Part shown: positions 19,755 to 28,976 of the stretch, one piece after another
Layout: every line of letters starts with the position of its first letter
How positions within the stretch are numbered: position 1 is the first letter of the stretch
Assembly (NCBI GenBank): GCA_045603485.1
Contig: JAZUMF010000028.1
Coordinates: forward strand, 6,652-70,651
Origin: Kiritimatiellia bacterium
Lineage (GTDB): Bacteria; Verrucomicrobiota; Kiritimatiellia; RFP12; JAAYLN01
DNA: 64,000 nucleotides
Reading direction: 5' to 3'
Program-made: the position numbers and the translations under genes
Notes under the pieces: generated by a model
Databases searched by the model: none
What the model saw: the letters and a program-made list of their open reading frames with translations, nothing else
What the model was told of the DNA's origin: nothing

Positions 19755-20450
19755 ATGAGTGATAAACCAACTAAATTTGATTTTCATTATGCAGTAGCCA
19801 ATACAGAGGTTATACTTGCACCCAAGCGTAGCCTTGAAACATTCGGCAATACTATTCTGAATTATTCTCATGTCTCTGAGATGATGGACGAGGTCGGCAG
19901 AGTACGCATTCGAGAAGGGCGTATGCAAGCCTCAAGACCGCAAATTATTACACCGTCAGCCTATTCAAATTTAATGATGGAAGGTTTCGGGCAAGAGGCA
20001 GAAAAGTATCTCTCGTGGCTTCGTGAACACGAGGACGATATCCGCATTTTACAATACGGATATTCACTTAAACAGGAAGCCTTTAGCGAAGAGATTGTAA
20101 CTGGCTCTTTGGAGTCGGTTCTCGAGCGGGTGAAAAAGACCGTCGAAGCCAAAAACGACCCATTCAGCGGTGTTATCAAGGGTGTTGACAATCCATGGGA
20201 TGTTTGCCTTGTCCGTTTCTTTTGGGTCGTCATGCATGCATCGGTAGCCGATAATGTCCGTGAGTTAAACGAACGCAATATGTTTGAGATGGAGGCAGGG
20301 GTGCCCTTTGCCGTCCGTCAGGAAATCGAGCAAGCCTTTGCGGCCGCTTCGAAGGATCCTTCGCTGGTAAAGCCGCTGGGTCAGATGCTTAAGAGATACG
20401 GTGTCTTTGAACACTATCAGGATCGCTTCTTTGCGCTTTTACGGGGATAG
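19755..20450 (+). CDS. hypothetical protein
   Basis: ORF with GGAGG RBS 7 nt upstream of the ATG at 19755; no recognisable domain; immediately precedes the ECF sigma gene. Confidence 0.45.
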   Translation: MSDKPTKFDFHYAVANTEVILAPKRSLETFGNTILNYSHVSEMMDEVGRVRIREGRMQASRPQIITPSAYSNLMMEGFGQEAEKYLSWLREHEDDIRILQYGYSLKQEAFSEEIVTGSLESVLERVKKTVEAKNDPFSGVIKGVDNPWDVCLVRFFWVVMHASVADNVRELNERNMFEMEAGVPFAVRQEIEQAFAAASKDPSLVKPLGQMLKRYGVFEHYQDRFFALLRG

Positions 20451-20488
20451 CGCCCGGCATTTCTTACTCCGTTTATAATATATGAGAT

Positions 20489-21049
20489 ATGGACGAAGAT
20501 AAGATAAAGTCGGCGACAGATGATGAAGATGTCAAGCTGATGCTTGCCGTCAAGGATGGGGATGATCAGGTATTTGAGCAACTTGTTCTTCGTCATCAGA
20601 AACCATTGTTGAACTTTTTCTGCAGATTGGGCGTTAATATATCTGATGCAGAAGATTTGGCGCAGCTGACTTTTGTTCGTCTATATCGCTACAGAGCAAC
20701 CTATGAGCGGACTGCAAAGTTCACAACATATCTTTACCTGCTCGCCAGGCAGGTCAGGATTGACGAGGTTCGCAGGCAGATTAAGATTTCAAAGGTCAAG
20801 GATGCCGCTAAAGGCGTAGCTGAAATATTCGAGGCTGCGTCAAATGATAAAGCCCCAAATAGCTTGCAGGATGATTTGCAAGTGGCGCTGCAATCTTTAG
20901 ACGAGCCTCATCGCGAGGTCGTGGTTTTAGGTATGCTTCGAGAACTGCCGTATCAGGAAGTCGCCGAAATACTTAAAATTCCGGTCGGTACAGTCAAATC
21001 GCGTATGCATCATGCACTCAAGCAGCTTAAAAAATTTCTTGAATCATGA
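20489..21049 (+). CDS. ECF-type RNA polymerase sigma-70 factor
   Basis: Sigma region 2 (DAEDLAQLTFVRLYRY) and region 4 (LPYQEVAEILKIPVGTVKSRMHHALKQLKK). Confidence 0.85.
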   Translation: MDEDKIKSATDDEDVKLMLAVKDGDDQVFEQLVLRHQKPLLNFFCRLGVNISDAEDLAQLTFVRLYRYRATYERTAKFTTYLYLLARQVRIDEVRRQIKISKVKDAAKGVAEIFEAASNDKAPNSLQDDLQVALQSLDEPHREVVVLGMLRELPYQEVAEILKIPVGTVKSRMHHALKQLKKFLES

Positions 21050-22278
21050 AAACGCAAAGCGACAATTTAGAGCAAGACAAGGATTTGCTAGAGTTTAGGC
21101 GGCTCCTTTCAAACGGCAGATGTAAAGTCGTAGACGAGGTTGAGCCAAGTCCCGATTTTACATCACGCGTTCTTCTTGCAATAGATGAAAGTGTCGAGAA
21201 AAACCAAAGGGCGGAGTGGGCTAGTCTCGCCTCTGCACGCAACCTTGATGTGTCGGATATTGTTGAGCCTAAAAATGATTTTTCCGTCAGTGTGCTTAAA
21301 AAGGTCAAGCAAACCAAAAGGCTTTCTCAAATCAAGCTTATATGGCGTTATGCCGCGGCGGCTGCCGCAGTTCTCGCCATTGCGCTGTTGGTCATACCCG
21401 AAAAGCATGGTGCCCGCCCGGTCGCAATGCGAACAGGCCCCTATTCTGATAGAAATCTCGATGAGGCAAAGGCCTTTACACAGGTGGACAGCGCTATAGA
21501 TTGGCTGGCATCCCATCAAGAGCCTGACGGCTCATGGGCGCCTAAGGTCGTAGGGGGCAAAGAAGCGTTTAGACCGGCCCTAACCGCGTTAGGAATGATG
21601 GCCATAGGCCGCCATGCCCAAGAGCGTAGGTCGGATGCCATAAAGAACGCTGTGAACGCACTCCGTTCAATGCAGCAAAGTGACGGCTCTTTTAATCTTG
21701 ACAAGCAAACGCAATTATACAATCACGCCTTCGCAACCTATGCTCTCATTGAGCATGCCAAAAACAATGGAGCCGGGCTTGATGAAATAATCGCCGAAGC
21801 CATTGCCTTTTCAGTTGCTAATCAAAATCCTTACGGAGCATGGGATTATCAAAAAGACGGTTTTGGCAATGCGGCATTAACCCTATGGCAAGTGTCATTG
21901 CTTATTGAGGCCAATAAGCTTGGTTGGCGCGATAACGACGGTGCGCTTCGTAGAGCCGTCGCATGGCTCAAAAGGGAAAGTGCAAAAGGAGTATTTGATT
22001 ATCGCCAAACGCTAGACCGCCAGCATGCCTCCGCATCGGGTGGCATAATCCTGACACAACTGGCAACCGAAGCGTTAGTCCAATTCTGCAATGAGAAGCC
22101 ATCACTAAATGCGTTGGCGGCAACTGCAAAAACTTCATTTGATACGGCCTATGGCAGATATACCGTCCGCCAATTAGGCAAAGAGTCGGCACTTGATTCG
22201 GTCTTGTGCAAGACATTCCGCGGGGGAGAGGATTTTTATCCTACCCTTATAGCTCTTTTATCATCAAGGCGTTATTAG
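21046..22278 (+). CDS. putative anti-sigma factor with a periplasmic prenyltransferase-like alpha-toroid domain
   Basis: ATGA overlap with the sigma gene; cytoplasmic N-terminus, one TM (AAAAAAVLAIALLVI), then DGSW/YGAWDY toroid repeats similar to the 14713 protein. Confidence 0.55.
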   Translation: MKTQSDNLEQDKDLLEFRRLLSNGRCKVVDEVEPSPDFTSRVLLAIDESVEKNQRAEWASLASARNLDVSDIVEPKNDFSVSVLKKVKQTKRLSQIKLIWRYAAAAAAVLAIALLVIPEKHGARPVAMRTGPYSDRNLDEAKAFTQVDSAIDWLASHQEPDGSWAPKVVGGKEAFRPALTALGMMAIGRHAQERRSDAIKNAVNALRSMQQSDGSFNLDKQTQLYNHAFATYALIEHAKNNGAGLDEIIAEAIAFSVANQNPYGAWDYQKDGFGNAALTLWQVSLLIEANKLGWRDNDGALRRAVAWLKRESAKGVFDYRQTLDRQHASASGGIILTQLATEALVQFCNEKPSLNALAATAKTSFDTAYGRYTVRQLGKESALDSVLCKTFRGGEDFYPTLIALLSSRRY

Positions 22279-22449
22279 CGGCATCTGTTGCTTGCCAATT
22301 TTTGCACATCGTATTTGCGCGCCTGCCGCTGGTCTTGTCTTGATTTGTCATGGCAATGACAGTTTCCGAGTACGATGGAAGTGCTGTGCCGCTGATTTTT
22401 TTTATGATTCGCCAAAAGTTGATTGCCGCCCGTGATTTTTGAGCGCGTC

Positions 22450-22478
22450 TTGAAGAATTTTTTTCTGTTTTGTATAAT
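22450..22478 (+). promoter_or_regulatory. sigma70-like promoter (TTGAAG-N17-TATAAT) for the moxR/bat operon
   Basis: ttgaag at 22450-22455, 17-nt spacer, tataat at 22473-22478; AGGAGG RBS at 22493-22498. Confidence 0.4.
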
Positions 22479-22507
22479 ACTCAAGTTGATTAGGAGGTTA
22501 CTAATTT

Positions 22508-23491
22508 ATGGATAATTCAAATGTTACAAAGATAGTTGAATCACAAGGGGCTGTCCTTGAGCGTATCAGGCAAGAAATCGCCAAGGTTTTGGTCGGGCAG
22601 GAGCATCTTGTTGACGATTTGCTGGTGGCTTTGGTCAGTGGAGGTCACATTTTGCTTGAAGGTGTGCCAGGACTTGCAAAAACAACCGCTATTCAGACAT
22701 TGGCAAAGGTTTTAGGACTTCAATTTCAGAGAATTTCGTTTACCCCTGATTTGCTTCCCGCAGATGTGATTGGCACTTTGATTTACAATCAGCGCAACGG
22801 GTCGTTTGAGCCTCGCAAGGGACCTGTTTTTACGAACCTTCTGTTAGCCGATGAGATTAATCGTGCCCCAGCTAAGGTTCAAAGTGCGCTTTTGGAGGCT
22901 ATGCAGGAGCGTCGTGTCACATTGGGTGATACCACCTATGATTTGCCGTCTCCATTCCTCGTTATGGCAACTCAGAATCCTATTGAACAAAAGGGTACTT
23001 ATGCTTTGCCCGAGGCGCAAGTTGACCGTTTTATGCTGAAGAGCGTTGTCGGTTATCCTTCACGCGACGATGAGCGCCGCATTATGAATCGCTTTACTCA
23101 GCGCACGCCTGTCGAGGCTCAAGCTGTCGTCACTCCCGACGAGGTCGTGGGGCTCCGCTCTGCTCTTGAGAATGTTTATTGCGATGAGAAGGTCGGCGAG
23201 TATATTCTCGATATAGTCAGCGCAACTCGTGACCCTGGTTCCTTTAGGGTGAATGAGCTTGCTGGTGCCATTGAGATGGGTGCATCTCCACGCGCTACCC
23301 TTTGGCTGCAGATAGGTGCCCGCGCGAAGGCCTTGATGCGCGGACGCCCGTTTGCAACGCCTCAGGATGTTAAGGAGGTCGCTCGAGGAGTTCTTCGTCA
23401 TCGAGTTATCCTGTCGTATGAGGCGGAGGCTGAAAACTTGACTTCTGATGATGTTGTCGAGAAGATTCTCGCCGCAATCCCGGTTCCTTGA
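22508..23491 (+). CDS. moxR: MoxR-family AAA+ ATPase
   Basis: Walker A GVPGLAKT, Walker B LLADEINRAP; typical MoxR length and C-terminus. Confidence 0.85.
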   Translation: MDNSNVTKIVESQGAVLERIRQEIAKVLVGQEHLVDDLLVALVSGGHILLEGVPGLAKTTAIQTLAKVLGLQFQRISFTPDLLPADVIGTLIYNQRNGSFEPRKGPVFTNLLLADEINRAPAKVQSALLEAMQERRVTLGDTTYDLPSPFLVMATQNPIEQKGTYALPEAQVDRFMLKSVVGYPSRDDERRIMNRFTQRTPVEAQAVVTPDEVVGLRSALENVYCDEKVGEYILDIVSATRDPGSFRVNELAGAIEMGASPRATLWLQIGARAKALMRGRPFATPQDVKEVARGVLRHRVILSYEAEAENLTSDDVVEKILAAIPVP

Positions 23492-23513
23492 TCTTTTATA
23501 GATTGTCTGTGAG

Positions 23514-24425
23514 ATGTCCAATTCGCAGGTAGATTTTGAAGAGCTTCGCAAGCGAGTCAATAAGATTCGGCTCTTGACGATGCGCCTTGTAAGTGAGGAA
23601 CTTTCCGGTGAATACCATTCTTCATTTAAGGGGCAGGGTATAGAGTTTGATGAGGTGCGCCCATATGTTCCCGGCGACGATGTGCGCACCATTGACTGGA
23701 ATGTTACGGCTAGAACGGGCGTGCCGTATATAAAGCGTTTTGCGGAGGAGCGCGAGCTTACGGTGATATTCATAGTCGATGTCTCTGGCTCGCAGGGATG
23801 TGGCAGCGCTGGTCGCTCTAAGTCAGAGCTTGCCGCTTTGGTGACGAGCCTTTTGGCTATGTCGGCGACAGAAAATGGCGACAATGTGGGGCTTGTCAAT
23901 TTTAGCGACAAAATAGAAAAGTACATCCCTCCAAGGCGTGGTCGAACGGCTGTTATGCGACTTGTCCGCGATGTTTTGGCTGCTGACCATGCAGGTGCAG
24001 GAGGGACTGATATTGCCGCTGCGCTTAGGCATTTCAATAATTTCCACAAGCGTCATGCCTTGGTCTTTCTGATTTCGGATTTTCTTGACGATGCCTTCAA
24101 GCACGAGCTTAGCGTCGCGTCTCGACGCCATGACCTGGTCGCGATATCACTTTCGGATCCAAGTGAGTTTGAGCTGCCAGATGCCGGTTTGGTTGAGCTT
24201 GCCGATCCAGAGACAGGAGAGGTGATGTTGGTCGATTCATCTGCAAATTCCGTCAGGGAGGCTTTTTACAAAGCGGCGCAGGAGCATCGCGATTCTTTGA
24301 CTAAGACATTTATCTCTTCTGGAGTAGATGAGGTTGCGCTTTCAACCCAGGATACCGATGATGAGATTGTCTCAAAGCTGCGTAGGCTATTCTTGCGGCG
24401 TGCAAGGAAGGGGGCCGGAAGATGA
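23514..24425 (+). CDS. DUF58 (VWA-like) protein, MoxR partner
   Basis: Characteristic position after moxR; the FKGQGIEFDEVRPYVPGDDVRTIDW motif is typical of DUF58. Confidence 0.75.
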   Translation: MSNSQVDFEELRKRVNKIRLLTMRLVSEELSGEYHSSFKGQGIEFDEVRPYVPGDDVRTIDWNVTARTGVPYIKRFAEERELTVIFIVDVSGSQGCGSAGRSKSELAALVTSLLAMSATENGDNVGLVNFSDKIEKYIPPRRGRTAVMRLVRDVLAADHAGAGGTDIAAALRHFNNFHKRHALVFLISDFLDDAFKHELSVASRRHDLVAISLSDPSEFELPDAGLVELADPETGEVMLVDSSANSVREAFYKAAQEHRDSLTKTFISSGVDEVALSTQDTDDEIVSKLRRLFLRRARKGAGR

Positions 24426-25405
24426 GACCTTTTTTCTTTTCTCTGTTGTGGATTGCGGCTCTGTTTTTTAAGCCATTTGTTTTAGCGGCTCCTTTTGAAA
24501 GTGAGCTTCTTTCGGGGCAGGCTCAAATTCATTTTGTCGGTGATGAAGAGGTGTTGTCTCTCGCCTCTGATTATACGGCGTCAATTGTAGTCAAGGCTCC
24601 TAAAGAAATTACGGTTAAATTGCCGTCGCTCGAAGCTATGCGGTCGCGTTTCCAAGGGTTTGCCTTGGCAGAGGGATATTCACAGGGCGAGCGTGAGCTT
24701 GCCGATGGTATGAAGGAACTTGTCGTTAGATGGCGGCTTGTCGCCGATCCTGCGGCTGCGCGTTTTCGCCTTGCACCTTTTGCCGTTGAATTTTTCGATG
24801 ACAATGGACTTCCAATCGGAAGCGAGGCGACAGCGCCAATTCTCTTTCCCTTGGCGTCATTGCCTTCTGCCGATGGCACAATTGAGATATCACCTCGAAA
24901 GTTTTTTGTAATGCCATCATGGCAAACGGTTGGTAGGTGGATTCTTTACCTTCTTTGTGCTGTTATTGTCATTGCCGCTCTGGTGTTCGTCTTGTCGCGT
25001 ATTCGCCGTTCTGTGCGATTGCATAAAATGTCGCCTTCAGAGCGTGCCCTTGCTGAACTTGCCGCGCTTTTGGGGCGGAGGCTTGCGGATCGCGGCCTTT
25101 TCAAGGACTATTATGTCGAGCTTACTCATGTTGTTCGCCGTTATATCGAGCGCTCGTATGCGATTCGAGCACCACGCTTGACTACTGAGGAGTTTTTGGA
25201 ATCCGCGAAGAAGCACCCTCATTTCACAGAGGAATCTTTAAGGTATCTAACTGAGTTTCTCAAGTCTGCGGATATGGTTAAGTTTGCAGGGCAGTCAGCA
25301 ACGGCAGAGAGCGCAGGCGAGGCGGCATCATCTGCCAGGCGCTATATTGAGCGCGATAGCCTCGCAAGGGCTGCCGTTGATAAACAAGTAGAGGGAGGTC
25401 GCTGA
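24422..25405 (+). CDS. hypothetical membrane protein of the Bat operon
   Basis: Signal peptide, central TM (ILYLLCAVIVIAALVFVL); positioned between DUF58 and batA as in Bacteroides-type bat operons. Confidence 0.5.
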   Translation: MRPFFFSLLWIAALFFKPFVLAAPFESELLSGQAQIHFVGDEEVLSLASDYTASIVVKAPKEITVKLPSLEAMRSRFQGFALAEGYSQGERELADGMKELVVRWRLVADPAAARFRLAPFAVEFFDDNGLPIGSEATAPILFPLASLPSADGTIEISPRKFFVMPSWQTVGRWILYLLCAVIVIAALVFVLSRIRRSVRLHKMSPSERALAELAALLGRRLADRGLFKDYYVELTHVVRRYIERSYAIRAPRLTTEEFLESAKKHPHFTEESLRYLTEFLKSADMVKFAGQSATAESAGEAASSARRYIERDSLARAAVDKQVEGGR

Positions 25406-26457
25406 TGAACTTCCGATTTGCAGCCCCTTGGCTTTTTTTGTTTTTAATTCCACTGCTTTTTGCAGCTTGGAGGATGCTGCGTCGTCCAAGCCGCCCCACG
25501 GCAATACCTTTTGCTCCGATAAGGTTTCTACCTACTAAAACAGCCACCTGGCGTGGCTTTATGGTTAGGGCTCTTCCTTGGTTTTTTACCGTAGGGGCGT
25601 CTTTACTTGTCGTTGCCGCCGCCCGTCCGCAAACCTTCTTTGCGCGAGAGACCCGTTCAGTTGATGCCATCGCGATTGCAATGGTTGTCGATGTCTCGGG
25701 TTCGATGCAAGCTTTGGATTTAGCTTCTAATCCTCATGCTCCGAATGCTCAAACGCGTCTTGATGTCGTTAAGGACGAATTCGGAAAGTTTATCGATAAG
25801 CGTCCCGATGATTTGATTTCTTTAATAACATTTGGCGGCTTTGCTTCAACCCGTTGCCCGCTTACGGCTGACCATGGTGCTGTAATGCAGTATCTTGATA
25901 CTGTCGCAATCCCAGGGATGGGGGCTGATGATGAGGGGCGGCAAGTTTCATCGGAGGAGACTTTGACAGCCGTTGGTGACGGACTTACCACTGCCTGTGC
26001 AAGATTGCAGGAATCCGAATTGAAGACCAAGATTGTCGTGCTTCTTTCTGATGGCGTCTCTAATACGGGTTTGGTCAAGCCGGCAAGAGCTGCGGCAATT
26101 GCCAAAGAGCTGGGAATTAAGGTCTACGCAATTGGTATAGGCTCAAAGACCGGTCAGGCACCTTTTCGGACCCATGATGCCTTTGGACGCTCCATCGTCG
26201 CGATGGGACTTGTTGAATTTGATGAAGCGGAGTTGAAATCACTTTCAGAGACGACTGGAGGCCGTTATTATTCAGTAACCGACAAGGCTGGCTTTTCGGC
26301 TGTCATGAAGGAGATTGACGCATTGGAAAAGACTCATGTCGAGCGTGATGTCTATAACAACTATAATGAGCGCTTTGTGGTGCCGCTATTAACGGGAGCG
26401 GCGTTGCTGGTGCTTGCAGTTTCTGTGGGGCTGATATGCCTCCGTCGACCATTGTGA
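25405..26457 (+). CDS. batA: BatA-like VWA-domain membrane protein
   Basis: BatA_N-like N-terminal TM pair, then VWA with the MIDAS motif DVSGSM ... SDG. Confidence 0.7.
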   Translation: MNFRFAAPWLFLFLIPLLFAAWRMLRRPSRPTAIPFAPIRFLPTKTATWRGFMVRALPWFFTVGASLLVVAAARPQTFFARETRSVDAIAIAMVVDVSGSMQALDLASNPHAPNAQTRLDVVKDEFGKFIDKRPDDLISLITFGGFASTRCPLTADHGAVMQYLDTVAIPGMGADDEGRQVSSEETLTAVGDGLTTACARLQESELKTKIVVLLSDGVSNTGLVKPARAAAIAKELGIKVYAIGIGSKTGQAPFRTHDAFGRSIVAMGLVEFDEAELKSLSETTGGRYYSVTDKAGFSAVMKEIDALEKTHVERDVYNNYNERFVVPLLTGAALLVLAVSVGLICLRRPL

Positions 26458-26464
26458 GGTGACT

Positions 26465-28927
26465 ATGAGATTTTGTTTCCCATGGCTCCTTCTTCTGTTG
26501 CCAATATTTGCAGGGATTGCCATAACCGCTTTTTACTTGCTACGCAAAGGGAACTCTCGGCTTGTTCTCTTTGCTACGCCAGCAATCTTGAAACGCGCAG
26601 GTCTTGTTTCAAAGACTGATGGCTCACATGGCCCTCGCTTCAGTGTGCTTCCATTTGTTCAGCTCTCGTTATTAACGGCTGGTCTGATGTTGCTTGTAAT
26701 TGCCGCCGCTCGCCCGCAATGGGGCAAGGCTGAAATGCTTGAAAGCAGTCGCGGACGAAGTCTTCTTATTGCACTCGATGTTTCACGCTCCATGCTAGTG
26801 TCCGATGTCCACCCAAACCGTCTTGAACGCGCAAAGGTTGATATATTGGATTTGATTGCCGATTTGCGTGGCGATAGGGCGGGAATTCTGGTCTTTAGGG
26901 GTAAGGGATTGATGCTTTGCCCACTTACGACAGATTACGCCTTTTTGCGACAGGCCGTTGACGGTATTTCAGTAGATTCAGCACCTCGCGGTGAAACAGA
27001 TATCGCAGATGCAATCTCAAAGTGTCTTGTCGGTCTGGAAGGCGCCTCTAGTGACAATTGCGCAATATTGCTGATTTCAGATGGTGAGGATTTGGCAGGA
27101 CGCGCACAACGCCTGGCAAAAAGCGCGGGTGAACGGGGAATCCCAATCTTTACGGTTGGTATAGGAGATACCTCTGGGGCAAGCGTTCCATCTCCCGACG
27201 GCAAAGGAACAATGAAGTTCGGTGGTAAGGATGTTAAGTCGCGTTTGACAGAATCCACTCTTAAAGAGATCGCTGCGGCGTCTGGCGGTGTCTATATCCC
27301 TCTTGCAACTTCAGGAACCGCCTCAACTACACTTGGCGCAATTTACCGTCAACATTTAACGCGCATAGCAGCAGAGGAATTTGAGGAAATGCTCGCAAAT
27401 CGATTTGTAGAACGCTATCAACTCTTTTTGATACCCGCGCTTGTTTTTCTCCTTGTGGCAGCAATGCTTTCAAAAGGGCGACCATCTTCGCCTAAGCGAA
27501 GAGTAGGGGTGACGCTTTTGCTCGCCTTGCTTATGCCGGTGATTCTTAAAGCTAATGAAGTACCAAGCTCTCCCCAAGCGACATCAACGCGTGATTTGCG
27601 CACGGCATATAATCAGGCTGTTGACGCTTATGCAGGTGGAGATACCACAAATGCGGCAGCTATCCTTTTACCAATCTCTAACCGCAGAGATTTTCCCGAG
27701 GCCGCCGAGTTGTATGGAGCCGCCGAATTTGCCAAGGCCTTTGATCCTGCTCTTGCAACGAATGCGGCAGCGCGAGTCGAGCATCTCTCAAAGGCTGCGT
27801 TGGCATTTCAGACAAGCATGGCTGACTCCACCCAAGATGAACGAAAGCTGCGTAACCTCAATAGGGCTATTATTGCTCTGCCAGCCCTTAGGGAAGAGGC
27901 TCGAATTGCTGCTGTAATGGCAAAAGAGGAAAAGACACCGCCACCTCAATTGATTTCAAGAATGTTAAATACTCAGCGCGAAATTTATCAAAGGCAGGAA
28001 ATGCTGGAGACAAATTCAAATGCGGCGATTCGAATTGATGGCTATGAGGAACTTGCAAAAAAGCAGCAGTCAAATATTGATTTATGGATTCCATTGACAC
28101 CCGCATTGACGGATCCGTCTGTACTTACAAATGAGGCTCATAGGGCAGAAATGCAAAAGGCTCTTGATAATATGCAAAGTCGTATGGTCAGCTTAAAAGA
28201 CGCTCTTTGCAATCTTGATAAGACAACTTCTGAAACATCGGCGCTTTCAGAAAATGACATCTTTAATCTGTGGACAATGGTTGCCGAGCCGCCAGCCTTG
28301 ATAGATGAAGATATTTTATGTGAAACCAATGTCGTAGAAAGTCCACTTAAACCAAAGTGGCGCACCAGAGACAGCGGCGAGACGGCACTAGCTCTCACAA
28401 CTCTCTTTGCTGAAAGATTTCCAAAGTGGGCGGAAAATTACATCCAGCAAGATGCACAGCGCCGTCAGCAGGAAGGGTCTACAAATGCGCCAACCTTTAC
28501 AGAAGAAAATGTCGCAAAAATAAATGAGCTTTTAGAACCATTGCATTGGATTCAGCAGGATACCTGCAAGCAGACAAATATTACAGAGAAAGTTCTCGGC
28601 GCATCTGAGGCGCTTGATATACTCTACAAAATAAGAGATTTGCTTCCCAAAGATGGCAATGGTGGCGGAAGTTCCCAAAATCAGGCGCAACCAGAGCAGA
28701 ATCAGGAACAGAAACAAGAGCAAGAGCAGAATCAAGAACAGAATCAGCCTCAAGACCAGAACGAAGAGCAGCAGGAGAAGGCCGCCGAAGAAGAAAAGAA
28801 GGAAGATACGCCCCAAGATGTAGAGGAAGATTTACGGCGAGCGTTACAGCGCGAACGCGAGCATGAGGCTGAAAAACAACGCCAAAGGCGAGATTTCCCC
28901 ATGTCTCCCAATGTGCGAGATTGGTAG
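26465..28927 (+). CDS. batB: BatB-like VWA protein fused to a TPR/BatC-like region and a Q/E-rich acidic tail
   Basis: BatA_N-like N-terminus, VWA (DVSRSM), second TM, TPR-like helical repeats, C-terminal QNQEQKQEQEQNQEQNQPQDQNEEQQEK low-complexity region; 822 aa. Confidence 0.65.
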   Translation: MRFCFPWLLLLLPIFAGIAITAFYLLRKGNSRLVLFATPAILKRAGLVSKTDGSHGPRFSVLPFVQLSLLTAGLMLLVIAAARPQWGKAEMLESSRGRSLLIALDVSRSMLVSDVHPNRLERAKVDILDLIADLRGDRAGILVFRGKGLMLCPLTTDYAFLRQAVDGISVDSAPRGETDIADAISKCLVGLEGASSDNCAILLISDGEDLAGRAQRLAKSAGERGIPIFTVGIGDTSGASVPSPDGKGTMKFGGKDVKSRLTESTLKEIAAASGGVYIPLATSGTASTTLGAIYRQHLTRIAAEEFEEMLANRFVERYQLFLIPALVFLLVAAMLSKGRPSSPKRRVGVTLLLALLMPVILKANEVPSSPQATSTRDLRTAYNQAVDAYAGGDTTNAAAILLPISNRRDFPEAAELYGAAEFAKAFDPALATNAAARVEHLSKAALAFQTSMADSTQDERKLRNLNRAIIALPALREEARIAAVMAKEEKTPPPQLISRMLNTQREIYQRQEMLETNSNAAIRIDGYEELAKKQQSNIDLWIPLTPALTDPSVLTNEAHRAEMQKALDNMQSRMVSLKDALCNLDKTTSETSALSENDIFNLWTMVAEPPALIDEDILCETNVVESPLKPKWRTRDSGETALALTTLFAERFPKWAENYIQQDAQRRQQEGSTNAPTFTEENVAKINELLEPLHWIQQDTCKQTNITEKVLGASEALDILYKIRDLLPKDGNGGGSSQNQAQPEQNQEQKQEQEQNQEQNQPQDQNEEQQEKAAEEEKKEDTPQDVEEDLRRALQREREHEAEKQRQRRDFPMSPNVRDW

Positions 28928-28976
28928 ACAGCTGAATTCATTTTTACGAGACAAACAATTAGATTGAGGGATATAG

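Noticed and set aside
23060-24049. 329-aa minus-strand ORF antisense to moxR/DUF58
   Set aside because: Low-complexity Ser/Arg-rich translation lying fully inside two well-supported + strand genes; a typical antisense artefact.
28640-28900. Q/E-rich repetitive DNA that could be mistaken for a tandem repeat or array
   Set aside because: It lies in frame inside the BatB-like CDS and encodes a low-complexity acidic tail; it is not a CRISPR or other non-coding repeat.
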